Source: an uncultured Fibrobacterota bacterium
GTDB taxonomy: Bacteria; Fibrobacterota; Chitinivibrionia; Chitinivibrionales; FEN-1185
NCBI GenBank assembly: GCA_963753345.1
Contig: CAVWBU010000047.1
Span: 96,001 to 160,000 of the forward strand
Length of the DNA: 64,000 bases
Reading direction: 5' to 3'
The notes beneath the pieces were generated by a model. It worked only from the letters and a program-made list of their open reading frames with translations. It searched no databases and was not told the DNA's origin. Positions 30,480 to 40,579 of this stretch are shown piece by piece. Position 1 is the first letter of the stretch; each line of letters begins with the position of its first letter. The translations under genes and the position numbers were made by a program.

Positions 30480-31595
30480 CTAAAATCCGTACACGAGATC
30501 CAGCTTCTGGTCCACGCCCGCCCACACCTCGTCGGTGGTGAGCGCGTAATTGAGGGTGAGCCCCTTGCGGATTGCATTGAGGTCGACCCCGAAGCCCGCG
30601 GTAATCCTGAATGCGAAATTCTGCCAGTAATATTGCCAATCCGAGGCGATATAGCGATTAATGGTGATGTCGCCGATGCCCGCGCGCACCCTGAACGTCT
30701 GCCAGCGGCGCCACTCGAACCCCGTAAACAGCACTGCTTCCATGGAGCTGAGCCGGGTGAACGTTCCGTCAACGATATAGCCGTCGACGTCGCAGCTCCA
30801 GGTGAGAGGGTATCCTGCAAGCAGGCCGCGATAGGAACTTGCGAGCACGAATTCGGGCAGCACCATGTCGGTGATCGACGTCGGGCTGCCGTATCCCTCG
30901 TCGCCGGCCCCGTAATTCTGCTCCGCTGAGGACGACACCTGCCAGTTCATGGCAATTCCGGCCGGCGCGCCGGACAAAAGCTGGAGCGGGCTTATGTCGC
31001 GGACCGCCAGCGCAAGCGTCAAGCTGTCCGCGACTTTGTACTGGACTGCGAGCGAAAATCCGCCCACCGCCGTGGCGTCCGAATAGACAAGCGAGGTGCC
31101 CACGTACGACGTGGGCAGGTACTGGTAGTAAAAACCGATGGACAGACCCGCAGACAGTCTTCGCGTGATGAGATAGCTGAGCGCGGCCTTCACCGTGAGC
31201 GTGGTGTACGCGCCGTTGTCAAGCTTCTCCTCGGACGCATTGTAGAGGTCGTCGAGAAACGGGTCGCCGCGGTACAGCGCCCCGATACCGATGCCGACGC
31301 GCGGCGGCAGTTTGAATTCGAGGGAGGCGAAGCCTTCGGTGCGGCCCTGCGAGTACAGCCCGGTTCCCGCGGAAAGTGTTCTTTTGTCAAGGAGGCTCAA
31401 TTGCGCGGGGTTCCACCACGTGGCAAAGTACGACGGCGCCGCAGTCTGGCCACCGCCCATGGCGGTCGCCTGCGCGTCTGCGGGAGCGCGCAAATACGCC
31501 CCCGCCTCGCCGCCGATCTGCGCATGGGCCGCGCACGCGCCGCACACCAGTGCGGCGGCGAAAACGTCCCTACTTCGCAACAATGATTTTCCCAA
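30480..31595 (-). CDS. PorV/PorQ-like outer membrane barrel
   Basis: AGAYLR...AQATAMGG..TA...WWNPAQL; C-terminal aromatic strand LVYGF. Confidence 0.75.
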   Translation of the reverse strand: MGKSLLRSRDVFAAALVCGACAAHAQIGGEAGAYLRAPADAQATAMGGGQTAAPSYFATWWNPAQLSLLDKRTLSAGTGLYSQGRTEGFASLEFKLPPRVGIGIGALYRGDPFLDDLYNASEEKLDNGAYTTLTVKAALSYLITRRLSAGLSIGFYYQYLPTSYVGTSLVYSDATAVGGFSLAVQYKVADSLTLALAVRDISPLQLLSGAPAGIAMNWQVSSSAEQNYGAGDEGYGSPTSITDMVLPEFVLASSYRGLLAGYPLTWSCDVDGYIVDGTFTRLSSMEAVLFTGFEWRRWQTFRVRAGIGDITINRYIASDWQYYWQNFAFRITAGFGVDLNAIRKGLTLNYALTTDEVWAGVDQKLDLVYGF

Positions 31596-33147
31596 AAGAA
31601 CGCTCTCCGTCCTGCGCGGTTATTCTGAAATAGTACACTCCCACGGCAACGCGTTTTCCCGCGTTGTTCGTTCCGTCCCAGAAGTCACGCGTCCTGTCGG
31701 TGCTTCTGCCGTTGCCGAGCGGGTCGTCCTTCCCCGCTTTGCGGTCTTCGTTGGTGATGATATTCTTGACAAGACTCATGTTCCAGTCGTACACCGCAAT
31801 GGTCACCTTTGACGCCTTTGACAAGCTGTAAGCGAATATCGTCCGCGTCTGCTGCGAATAGTCGCCGGTGAGAATGCCGGGATAGGCGTAGGTCTGCTTG
31901 AGGCCGCTTTGTATTGTGCGCTCCCGGTGGACATACACGAACGGAATCTTCCCCCGCTCGCCGGCCCTCTCGTCCCTGGTAAAAAACAGGCCGTTATTGA
32001 TGACGCCGGAAGATGCGGTGCCTATCCACAGCGAGCCGGTGATGTCGGAGCTCGGGAGATAGAGCACGTCGGTGATGTAGTCAGGGGTGTTGCCTTCCAT
32101 GGCGGGAGACATTCTGTCGTTGAGAAACGATTTCGGGCTGCAGACGAGGGTGTCGGTTGCGGTGCGCACGAGCGTGTCGGGCCTGCTCCCGGCGGCAGCC
32201 TGAATGTTGTTCGGCTTGACCGAAAAGTACACAACGGAGTCCGGGCCGAAGGTGAGCGAGGTGACGTTGGAGAGAAACGGATAGATGATCCAGCCGCCCG
32301 AGGAGGAGTCGTATCTGTAAAGAATCGTGTCGCTGCCGCCCGCGGTCGCGATGCTCGCATAAAGCAACTTCGAGCGCGCGCAGGAAAACACGTCGAGGTA
32401 GGCCCCGAAGGACGCGGTTCCCGAAGCGATGCGGCCCGGCAGCGTGTCCCACGACGTGTCGTTCGGATGAAACCGGTACAGCGCGGCAGGGGTGCACACA
32501 AAAAGCGCAACGGCGCCGCCGGCCGAGTCGCCCACGCTTACGGCGATCACTCGTTTCGAAAGGTCGGGGAAGACGGTGATTCCCGTGGTGGCGCTGTCAA
32601 GCCTTACCGCCGCAGGGTCGACGCTGGTTCTTGACTTCGGATAATACGCGCGCATGCTCGGTTGCGCCGGGTTCCACCGTACGAGCCCGCCGTCCACGCA
32701 CGCGAGCCAGAAAAAGCCGCCGGCCCAGGTTATGCCCACGGCCTTGAACACCGAACTGTCGCGCTTGCTCTTTGACAGCGAGTCCGGCTTGAAAGGCAGG
32801 GGTATGCTGTCGAACGAATGCACGGCGTAACGGTAATACCAGAGCTTGCCGCTCTTGGCAAACGGCGCCGTGTCGAGACAGGCCACGGCAACGCCGCCGC
32901 CGAACCCCAGGCTAAGCACGGAAAGCGGCGCCTTGTACCCGAGCCACGAAAGCGTGTCCGAGTTCGCGATGGTGCAGTTGAGGCCCTGATCGGTGACCAT
33001 CCAGAGCGTGTCGCCGTTGCCCGCAAACCCGTAGATGTTGTTGCTGGTAATTTCCCTGGTGGGAAGGTCGGCCGCACGCGCGCCGGAGCACGCGCATGCG
33101 ACAAAAAGAGCGGCGAGGACCGCGCGGCGGGCATTATCTCTGGTCAA
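31570..33147 (-). CDS. Secreted beta-propeller protein with FlgD-Ig/T9SS-like C-terminal domain
   Basis: TTG start with AGGAG RBS; LWMVTDQGL, LWIGT repeats; YAYP...VYDWNMSLVK...WDGTNNAGKRVAVGVYYFRI...GKIIVAK. Confidence 0.78.
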   Translation of the reverse strand: MTRDNARRAVLAALFVACACSGARAADLPTREITSNNIYGFAGNGDTLWMVTDQGLNCTIANSDTLSWLGYKAPLSVLSLGFGGGVAVACLDTAPFAKSGKLWYYRYAVHSFDSIPLPFKPDSLSKSKRDSSVFKAVGITWAGGFFWLACVDGGLVRWNPAQPSMRAYYPKSRTSVDPAAVRLDSATTGITVFPDLSKRVIAVSVGDSAGGAVALFVCTPAALYRFHPNDTSWDTLPGRIASGTASFGAYLDVFSCARSKLLYASIATAGGSDTILYRYDSSSGGWIIYPFLSNVTSLTFGPDSVVYFSVKPNNIQAAAGSRPDTLVRTATDTLVCSPKSFLNDRMSPAMEGNTPDYITDVLYLPSSDITGSLWIGTASSGVINNGLFFTRDERAGERGKIPFVYVHRERTIQSGLKQTYAYPGILTGDYSQQTRTIFAYSLSKASKVTIAVYDWNMSLVKNIITNEDRKAGKDDPLGNGRSTDRTRDFWDGTNNAGKRVAVGVYYFRITAQDGERSFGKIIVAK

Positions 33148-33793
33148 GGACTCGCGCTCCTTTCGGCGGAACAAATTCGAAGGCGCCGGCGGGCGCCGGC
33201 CCGCCCAGCGCGGTTTTGGAGAACGAATAGGTGCTCTCGTTTCCGCATCTGTCAATAACCACCAGCCGCTTGACGAGCGCGGTCTTCCGGTCGGCGGTGA
33301 TGCTTACAAACGAGACATCCCCGCCCGCGGCACCTTTGGCCGAGTCGGCCTTCCATTCGAGCACGTCACTTCCCGAAGGACTTTTTGAGGCTTTCAGAGG
33401 ATACTTCGAGCACAAGTCGGTAAGGACTTTTGATGGAAGCATTGAATTGTTGTTCCCCGAAAGTGCGCTGATGACCACTTGCGACAAACTTTTGTCGTAC
33501 TGCCACAACGTTGCCCCGTCGCTCACCCAGAGGGTGTTCCCGAGGTTTACGCGGTACCGGTCGCCCGGAGCAAGCACGATGCTGCCGTGCATGTTGTCCG
33601 TCTTTTCGCGCACCTTCCAGACAATGCGGATGTCAACGGCGGCCGAAAGGGTTGTTGCCCCGCTGTAGTTCCGCCTGATTTTGTCAACCAGTGGGTTTTG
33701 TTGACAAAAGCATGGCAGGCTGGATGCAAAAAAAACGAGCGCGAAAATCGGCCTGACTTTCAAAGCAGCCCCAAACGATAGAATTACGCTCAT
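33134..33793 (-). CDS. lolA: Outer membrane lipoprotein carrier protein LolA
   Basis: VSDGATLWQYDKSLSQV, FEFVPPKGA; follows ftsK. Confidence 0.85.
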   Translation of the reverse strand: MSVILSFGAALKVRPIFALVFFASSLPCFCQQNPLVDKIRRNYSGATTLSAAVDIRIVWKVREKTDNMHGSIVLAPGDRYRVNLGNTLWVSDGATLWQYDKSLSQVVISALSGNNNSMLPSKVLTDLCSKYPLKASKSPSGSDVLEWKADSAKGAAGGDVSFVSITADRKTALVKRLVVIDRCGNESTYSFSKTALGGPAPAGAFEFVPPKGARVLDQR

Positions 33794-33911
33794 GCCCTAG
33801 AAATGTTTATGGCGATATGCGGAACCGGTTCCCCATCAATCGGACATGTGTCATCGCAACAGAGACGCAGGGAATAAACAAATGATAAAACCCGCCGTAT
33901 TTTTCACCCGG

Positions 33912-36371
33912 TCAGGCCTGGGGCTGCGCAGCGCCGTTGCCCCCGGATCTCATCCTCTGTATGTACCCCTCCAGCTCGTCCGGGTGCATGCGGACCTCGC
34001 GCATCTTGCTTCCTTCCGCAGGCCCCACGATGCCCGCCTGCTCCAGCTCGTCCATGATACGGCCGGCGCGCGCATAGCCGATTTTCATCCTGCGCTGCAG
34101 AAGAGACGTTGACCCCTGGCCGATGCCCACGATGAGCCGCGCCGCCTCCTCGAATAGGTCGTCTCGTCCACCGTCGGTGCTGTAGCCGTCGGGTCCTGCG
34201 GAGGCGTCGCCCACCAGATCGGAGAAATTCTCGAATTTTTCCATTTCGTAATGCTGGTCGTTGATCGCCTTCACAAGGCTTTCGACATCTTTTTCGGAAA
34301 TATACGCGCCGTGATACCGCTCGAGGTCGGGCGCGCCGTTGCGCAGAAACAGCATGTCGCCCATGCCGAGAAGCTGCTCCGCACCCTGGTGTCCAAGAAT
34401 GGTGCGCGAATCAATGGACTGGATGGTGCGGAACGCGATTCGCGAGGCCAGGTTCGCCTTGATGGGGCCGGTGATGATGTCGACCGACGGACGCTGCGTC
34501 GCGACCACGAGATGAATGCCCGCGGCGCGGCCCAGTTGCGCAATGCGCAGGATGTGGCTTTCCACGTCCTTGGACGCGGTGAGCATGAGATCGGCGAGCT
34601 CGTCGACGAATATGACGATATGCGGCAACGGACTCTTCTCGTCTTCGGTGAGCGTTTCCTCGGCAAAGTCTTTTGCCACGAGACGGACATTGGCGCCCTG
34701 GATGTCGCGCGCTCTCAGTTTTTTAAGCAAAGCGAACCGGCGCTGAATTTCCATGACCGCCCAATACAGCGCCTTCACCGCTTCCTTGGGCTCGGTGACC
34801 ACGGGCGAAACGAGATGGGGAATGTTCTCGTAAATGGTGAGCTCGACCTTTTTGGGGTCTATCATGATGAGACGGAGCTCTTCCGGGGTTTTTGTCATGA
34901 GCAGGCTGCAGATGATCGCGTTGATGCACACGCTTTTACCCGAGCCGGTCTGGCCTGCCACCAGAAGGTGCGGCATTTTGTCGATGTCGGTGACAAAGGG
35001 GACGCCGGAAATGTTCTGCCCCACGATCATGGGCAGCTTTGCCTTGGCCTTGGCAAACGCCTCGGAAAGAAGGATGTGCTTGAAGTGCACGATCTGCTTG
35101 TTCCTGTTGGGCAGCTCGATTCCTATCGCCGCCTTGCCGGGGATCGGCGCCTCGATGCGGATCTTCTGGCCGCCCACCGCCATGGCAATGTCGTTCTGCA
35201 GATTGATGACCCTGCTCACCTTGACGCCGGGAGCAAGCTCGATCTCGTAGCGGGTCACCACCGGACCGTAGCAGACGTTGCAGACCTTGCCTTCGATGTC
35301 GAAATTGAGCAGGGTTTTTTCCAGAATGGCGGAGTTTTCGGTGATTGCCTTTTCATCGGCCTGCAGGGACGTTTCGGGCGGGGACGAAAGCACGTCGGGT
35401 TTGGGCAATTCGTACGGCTTCTGCTGCCCCGCGGCTTTCTGGGAAAGTATGGGCGCTTTGGTGCGGCGGCCTGTTTCTCCCAAGTCAAGATCGCCTTCGG
35501 CCGCCGCCTCGTTGTCGCCGTCGTCGTCGCTTTTGGGCTGCACCGCCATGGTCGTGATCTTGATGGGTTCCTTGAGTTTTGCCCGAAACGCCTGCAGATC
35601 CTTTTCCTGCTGCTCCTGGCGCTCGCGCTCGAGCTCCTCGCTCTCGTTGGGCCCGGCATTACCGTTTCCCAATGGCGCGACCTCGGCGGTCCTTTTCTGC
35701 TTGGACCCCGCCGGCATGGCTTTGGCGGCGGGCGCCGCATGCTCTCCCGAAAACAGGCCCCGCAGCCGCAGCAGCGCGGCCTTTACAAACCGCACTACCG
35801 CGCCGAAGGCCGCGGCGAGCGTTACGCGAAAGCAGAGAAGGATGGTGATCACCAGGGCGAAGGCGCAGAGGAAATAGGGCCCGAACCGGTGCGTCCCGAA
35901 GAGAAAGTGAAGCGACCAGGTGAGGGTGTTGCCGACGTAATTGTCGGTGATGACGAACGTCCCGTGCGCAAGACCGGGAAGATTGACAATGGAGACAACC
36001 AGCGATATTTCGGCGATAAGCGCGGCCGTGAAGGCAACCGTGCTCGCCGGCACGTCGCGGCCGGTGAGGTTGGTCCATCCCGCGAGCCCGAGCGCACAGG
36101 GAACGAGGACCGCGGCGAACGCGCCGAACAGGTACACAAGGCCCCTGGAAAGCGCGGTCCCCAGATAGGGGCCGAGAATGTTCTCGTTGTTATTGACAAA
36201 GTAGGAAACAAGCGATATGAGAACGAGCAGACCCATGGCGAGAAACGCCACACCCCACACTTCGTGGGCGAGGTTCGACGACTTTTTCGGCTTGGATGGC
36301 CGCCGCTGCTGGCGGTCGTCCCCGTCCCTGTCCTTTTCCGTCTCTTCTTCTTTTTCGGCGTTTCTTGCCAT
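33912..36371 (-). CDS. ftsK: DNA translocase FtsK
   Basis: N-terminal TM segments, GPVVTRYE, MPHLLVAGQTGSGKS, IDPKKVEL, TQRPSVD, gamma domain LQRRMKIGYARAGR. Confidence 0.96.
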   Translation of the reverse strand: MARNAEKEEETEKDRDGDDRQQRRPSKPKKSSNLAHEVWGVAFLAMGLLVLISLVSYFVNNNENILGPYLGTALSRGLVYLFGAFAAVLVPCALGLAGWTNLTGRDVPASTVAFTAALIAEISLVVSIVNLPGLAHGTFVITDNYVGNTLTWSLHFLFGTHRFGPYFLCAFALVITILLCFRVTLAAAFGAVVRFVKAALLRLRGLFSGEHAAPAAKAMPAGSKQKRTAEVAPLGNGNAGPNESEELERERQEQQEKDLQAFRAKLKEPIKITTMAVQPKSDDDGDNEAAAEGDLDLGETGRRTKAPILSQKAAGQQKPYELPKPDVLSSPPETSLQADEKAITENSAILEKTLLNFDIEGKVCNVCYGPVVTRYEIELAPGVKVSRVINLQNDIAMAVGGQKIRIEAPIPGKAAIGIELPNRNKQIVHFKHILLSEAFAKAKAKLPMIVGQNISGVPFVTDIDKMPHLLVAGQTGSGKSVCINAIICSLLMTKTPEELRLIMIDPKKVELTIYENIPHLVSPVVTEPKEAVKALYWAVMEIQRRFALLKKLRARDIQGANVRLVAKDFAEETLTEDEKSPLPHIVIFVDELADLMLTASKDVESHILRIAQLGRAAGIHLVVATQRPSVDIITGPIKANLASRIAFRTIQSIDSRTILGHQGAEQLLGMGDMLFLRNGAPDLERYHGAYISEKDVESLVKAINDQHYEMEKFENFSDLVGDASAGPDGYSTDGGRDDLFEEAARLIVGIGQGSTSLLQRRMKIGYARAGRIMDELEQAGIVGPAEGSKMREVRMHPDELEGYIQRMRSGGNGAAQPQA

Positions 36372-36375
36372 AGTG

Positions 36376-36810
36376 TCAATATCCCGACTGTTTCTTTTCC
36401 AACGCATAGAGGGAAAAGCGCACCGTCTTCGCCGTTTGCGAGATCGGCAAAGCGGCCGAAACCTTGGCGAATTCCTCTATCACCCGGGCGGCCTCTTGTC
36501 CGCGCTTGAAGTTGGCCCGCAGAACATCGGCGGCGCCGTCGCGGCGGAGTTCCTCCGGACGATTTACATTGGCGAAGGGGTCCGCCGCAACGTCGCGGCT
36601 CGCAAGCAGCAGGCCGCGGCCCATTGCGGCCTCTATGTCGTCAAGTGAATGCCGCATGGATTTGAGCGCGGCGGCGCGGCCCTTGTTCGCCGCCATGAAC
36701 CGGAAGTATTCCTCGATCACCCTGAGCGCTTCGCGCAGGCGGTTGAGGTTCGCGTCGATGATGCGGAGAACCTGCTTGTCTGAGATGCGTTTTCTCGCGC
36801 GCGCGGGCAT
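36376..36810 (-). CDS. ThiD2-like protein (stand-alone N-terminal domain of thiamine-phosphate synthases)
   Basis: RIIDANLNRLREALRVIEE, SRD...D, ANFKRGQEAARVIEEF.K, RFSLYALEK. Confidence 0.85.
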   Translation of the reverse strand: MPARARKRISDKQVLRIIDANLNRLREALRVIEEYFRFMAANKGRAAALKSMRHSLDDIEAAMGRGLLLASRDVAADPFANVNRPEELRRDGAADVLRANFKRGQEAARVIEEFAKVSAALPISQTAKTVRFSLYALEKKQSGY

Positions 36811-37029
36811 GGGTGTCGGAATAAATTTCCGTGAACGTCCGGGGTGTATCGGGCCGTGTGACGACAATGATGCTTAAAATATACGTAATGCGAACGGAGG
36901 GGAATCGCAATTAGCCGGGCGAACGAGCGTCGGCGCGTTCGGGAACGCTCGAGTGTTTCTTCTGCTTAGGAGCCATGATAGACGCGAGATACTATATTTC
37001 CCTCGTACCGCCAAAGGAGGGTGCTTCTT

Positions 37030-38911
37030 ATGAAAAGACTTCTTAAATTCGCTGTTCTATGTGCCTTCGTACCATCATTCGCCGGCCAACTCGGCATCAA
37101 TATCAGCCTGCCCGAGCGCGGCGGAACGTTTGTGGACATTACAAAGGAGAATTACCGCTGGAGCAAGGTCGGCACCGGCGCCGCGCTCGGGGCCGGTGAC
37201 GTTGATTCGTCCGGGCTGGCCCGCATGCGACGCCAATTTCGTGCTCGATTTGCGGCCGGTGGCAGAATGGGCCGGCAGCGTGGACGACCCGGCTTCGTAT
37301 CATCTTGACCTGCGCGGGACCTACAAGTGCAGCCTTGCGGGCCGCGCAAGCGTCAGCAGCTCGGGCGAAGGAACGGTGCAAAACCTTGTGTACGATTCCG
37401 CGGCCAACACCACCACGTTCGATTTTGTGATAACCGACGCGCCTGCGCCTGGCGGCGGATTCGTGAGCCTTGCATTCACCAACACCCGGCGCACCGCAGC
37501 GAGCCCCGTTGGCGGCGGATTCACCCGCTTCATCATGAACCATCCCGGTTATCCGTTAACCTCGCCAAAGATCTTTACCGATGATTTTCTCGCGGCGTTG
37601 ACCGGGATCAATTTTTCAACGATACGCTTCATGCCGTTTACCAACCCCAACGGCATAGACCCTCTTTATCCCGGCGTCACGCCATGGAGCAAACGAAAGC
37701 TTGTTTCGGACGCAGGCCAGAATGCCATTGCGCCCCTCGGAAAACCCGACGGCGGCGCGTGGGAATACGTTGTCAACCTCGCCAACACCGTCAATAAGGA
37801 TGCCTGGATCAACGTGCCCATTTCCGCTGACGCGGGCTACGTGCGGCACCTTGCGCAACTGCTCAAGGATTCCCTTAAGTCAAGTCTTAATATCTACGTG
37901 GAAAGCAGCAACGAGGTGTGGAACACGGCGCCGGGGTACGAGCAAAGCGCGTACAATCATGCCTGGGCGCAGGCGCTCGGCATCACCGACCAGCAGAACC
38001 ATGCGCGGCGCACGGTGTCGCTTGCCATGAGTTTTGACAGCGTATTCGGCGCAGGCGCCCTCAACAACCGCGTCCGCGTGGTGATGTGCAGCCACAAGCC
38101 CATGCTCAAATGGTGGGTGGAGCCCATGCTCCAGTATGTCGACTCCGCGTTCGGCGCGCCCAAGAACTACCTCTACGCGATCGGCTGCCAGACGTACTTC
38201 ACCGGCGGCGTTGACAGCGGAGAAAGCGTGGCGACGATACTGTCCGGGTGCCATTCCGATATTCAGAGCCAGATCGACGAGACCGGCGGGGTCAACGAGG
38301 CTGGCCGCAAACAATGGATCGCCGAAGCAAAAACATGGGGCCTTGCGGGCGGCTTTGTCTCGTACGAAGGCGGGCCCGACCACGGCGGCGGGACCACCAC
38401 AAACATAGCCAACCGCATCCTTGCCGAACGCGATGTACAGATGGGAGAACTCCTCAAGTACAATTACGACACCGCCTTTCTCGCCCTCGGCGGCGCGCTT
38501 GCGATGCAGTTCACCCTGAGCAGCGGCTACAACCGCTACGGCTGCTGGGGCCTCACCGACGACATAGCGAATCCCAACCGCAATTACAAGTATGCCGCCC
38601 TGAAATCCATTGTGGGCGGATCGTCGGTGGTTGCGCCGTCCGCACCCAAGCAGACAGCCGCACGCAGATTGACAATATACAGTCCCGGCCCGGGAAAAAT
38701 TACCGTGCGGCTTGACGCGGCAGGAAATCTCCCTGTCAATGTCGCCCTCTACGACATTTCGGGAAGAAAAGTTGCCGTCCTGTATCGTGGAGTACCGGGG
38801 CAAGGAGCAAGGGAAATCACGATAACCGGCAGGGCTTTTGCAACAGGTTTATATGTGGTAAGCGCGGATGATGCGAACGGCCGAACCGTAGGGCGGGTCG
38901 TGGTGCGGTGA
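37030..38911 (+). CDS. Secreted uncharacterised GH-A-like protein with T9SS-like CTD; +1 frameshift near 37213
   Basis: Signal MKRLLKF..; IRFM, AWEYVVNLAN..DAWINVP, YVESSNEVWN, SYEGG; CTD LYDISGRKV..ATGLYVV. Confidence 0.75.
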
Positions 38912-39118
38912 TGGCGGTTCGACCCCCGGCCAGCTTGCGAACAGGAAATTGCGTCCTTCACGATAATCGGGGACTAAAAATTATTGGTGCGGGCTGATCC
39001 GGGCGGTTCGGCTCAACGCCCCTCATAATCCTCCCTCTTGTTTCCCGAAGCAGTATATTTAGTGTTTGGCATGCAAAAAACCCCGGTCCTGGAAACTTCA
39101 TCTGTCAGAGGCGGAAAA

Positions 39119-39907
39119 ATGGACTCCCGAAAATCAATCATCAGGCAGACTGCGGTACTTCTTGCTGTTGCGGCCACGGTACTCATCGGATGCGCGCCGC
39201 GGGTTCTGGTCCGCACGCCGCCGCCCCCCATCCCCTTTTATGAACAGCCGTTCTGCCCCGGGCCCGATTATATCTGGATACCCGGGTATTGGGACTATGG
39301 CTCGGACGGCTACTACTGGGTGCCCGGGATGTGGGAGCTGGCCCCGAGAGTCGGCTGGATGTGGACGCCGGGCTACTGGGGCTGGTCCGACGGCGTTTAC
39401 TTGTGGCATTCTGGATATTGGGGAAGGCATATCGGATTCTACGGAGGCATTGACTACGGCTGCGGGTATTCGGGCGTCGGCTATGCCGGCGGGTACTGGA
39501 GAGAAAACGAATTCTACTACAACAGCGCAGTCACGAGGGTAAACGTCTCGGTGGTGAGCAACACCTATGAGACGCCTGTTCTCAACAAGAGAGCTGCCGT
39601 TGCGGTTGTAAGCTACAACGGAGGAGACGGCGGCATAGCCTCTACTCCTTCACGAGAAGAGCTCGCGGCCGCCCAGGAGCAGCATATCGCAGCGACGCCC
39701 CTTCAGAAACGGCATGTTCAGGCAGCGAGCATGAACCGGGATCTGCTGGCTTCCCAAAACCATGGTCAGCCTCGCACGGAACTTCTTGCAAAGCAACTGG
39801 CTCCCCGCCCGGCAAAGGCGAATGATTCCCACCCAAAGCCACACGCAAAGAACAGGCACAGGCCAAAAAAACAGGACGGGCAGAAGCGTGGTGATTCGGG
39901 AAGGTGA
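39119..39907 (+). CDS. YXWGXW-repeat lipoprotein
   Basis: LIG-C lipobox; YIWIPGYW, YYWVPGMW, WTPGYWGW, YLWHSGYWG repeats. Confidence 0.85.
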   Translation: MDSRKSIIRQTAVLLAVAATVLIGCAPRVLVRTPPPPIPFYEQPFCPGPDYIWIPGYWDYGSDGYYWVPGMWELAPRVGWMWTPGYWGWSDGVYLWHSGYWGRHIGFYGGIDYGCGYSGVGYAGGYWRENEFYYNSAVTRVNVSVVSNTYETPVLNKRAAVAVVSYNGGDGGIASTPSREELAAAQEQHIAATPLQKRHVQAASMNRDLLASQNHGQPRTELLAKQLAPRPAKANDSHPKPHAKNRHRPKKQDGQKRGDSGR

Positions 39908-39955
39908 GGATTGCGATTCCGGCTTTGCTTCGTCCCTCCGGGCGTCCCAAACATT

Positions 39956-39984
39956 TTGACAATACTTTAAAGCCAATGTATTTT
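39956..39984 (+). promoter_or_regulatory. Putative sigma70 promoter of tRNA-Asn
   Basis: TTGACA-17 nt-TATTTT. Confidence 0.55.
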
Positions 39985-40009
39985 AACCGTTCTTCTTTTC
40001 GATGCTCAC

Positions 40010-40085
40010 TGGAGTGTAGCTCAGTCGGCAGAGCAAGTGGCTGTTAACCACTGGGTCGGGGGTTCGAATCCCTCCACTCCAGCCA
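40010..40085 (+). tRNA. tRNA-Asn (GTT)
   Basis: Acceptor stem TGGAGTG/CACTCCA, D arm TAGCTCAGTCGGCAGAGC, anticodon arm AGTGG-CTGTTAA-CCACT, GGTTCGAATCC, encoded CCA. Confidence 0.97.
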
Positions 40086-40089
40086 ATGT

Positions 40090-40122
40090 AAAGGGCTCCT
40101 GGCAGTCAGGGGCCTTTTCTTT
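40090..40122 (+). terminator. Intrinsic terminator after tRNA-Asn
   Basis: AAAGGGCTCCTG-GCAGT-CAGGGGCCTTTTCTT. Confidence 0.65.
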
Positions 40123-40449
40123 GATGCCTCCCGGATACTCCTCAATACTCTCCAAAGTGCTTAAACGAGGCCGATAAGAATTTTTACGCCGCCTGGAAAA
40201 TTCTGCCGGTACTCTGTCGGACTACCGAGAACTACGGAAATGTGAAAACATGTGTGAAAACATTGTGCTCAGTGCACGCATTGCAGATTGAAAGGATTTT
40301 TTTCATGACCCCAGCCAGGTCCCGATAGCCGGGAATGTTGCGCACGTCAAGAACCAATGCCTTCCCTCCCCAAAAAAGGGTTCGGGGAAATCAATCGCTG
40401 TCAGCTTATCAAAAATGCCGGGCGTCAATCGCAAGATACCGAAATAAAC

Positions 40450-40478
40450 TTGACACCATAGCCAGAGCAGCGTAGTTT
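40450..40478 (+). promoter_or_regulatory. Putative sigma70 promoter
   Basis: TTGACA-17 nt-TAGTTT upstream of 40580. Confidence 0.45.
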
Positions 40479-40579
40479 CATATGAATACCTTAGGAGATT
40501 CCGTCAAATTTGACTGAAAATGGGAATTTCTTTGGCGAATGCGCGAGTTCCTTTAAGGTAGCAAGGAGTGTGTGCACCT

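Noticed and set aside
4202..36509. Long antisense ORFs (e.g. 4202-5758, 6804-8438, 12607-14520, 34251-36509)
   Set aside because: Shadow ORFs opposite well-supported genes, as expected from high-GC codon bias.
39971..40090. 10-bp direct repeat AGCCAATGTA on both sides of tRNA-Asn
   Set aside because: Too short. One copy lies in the promoter spacer, and it encloses only the tRNA, so it is likely chance.
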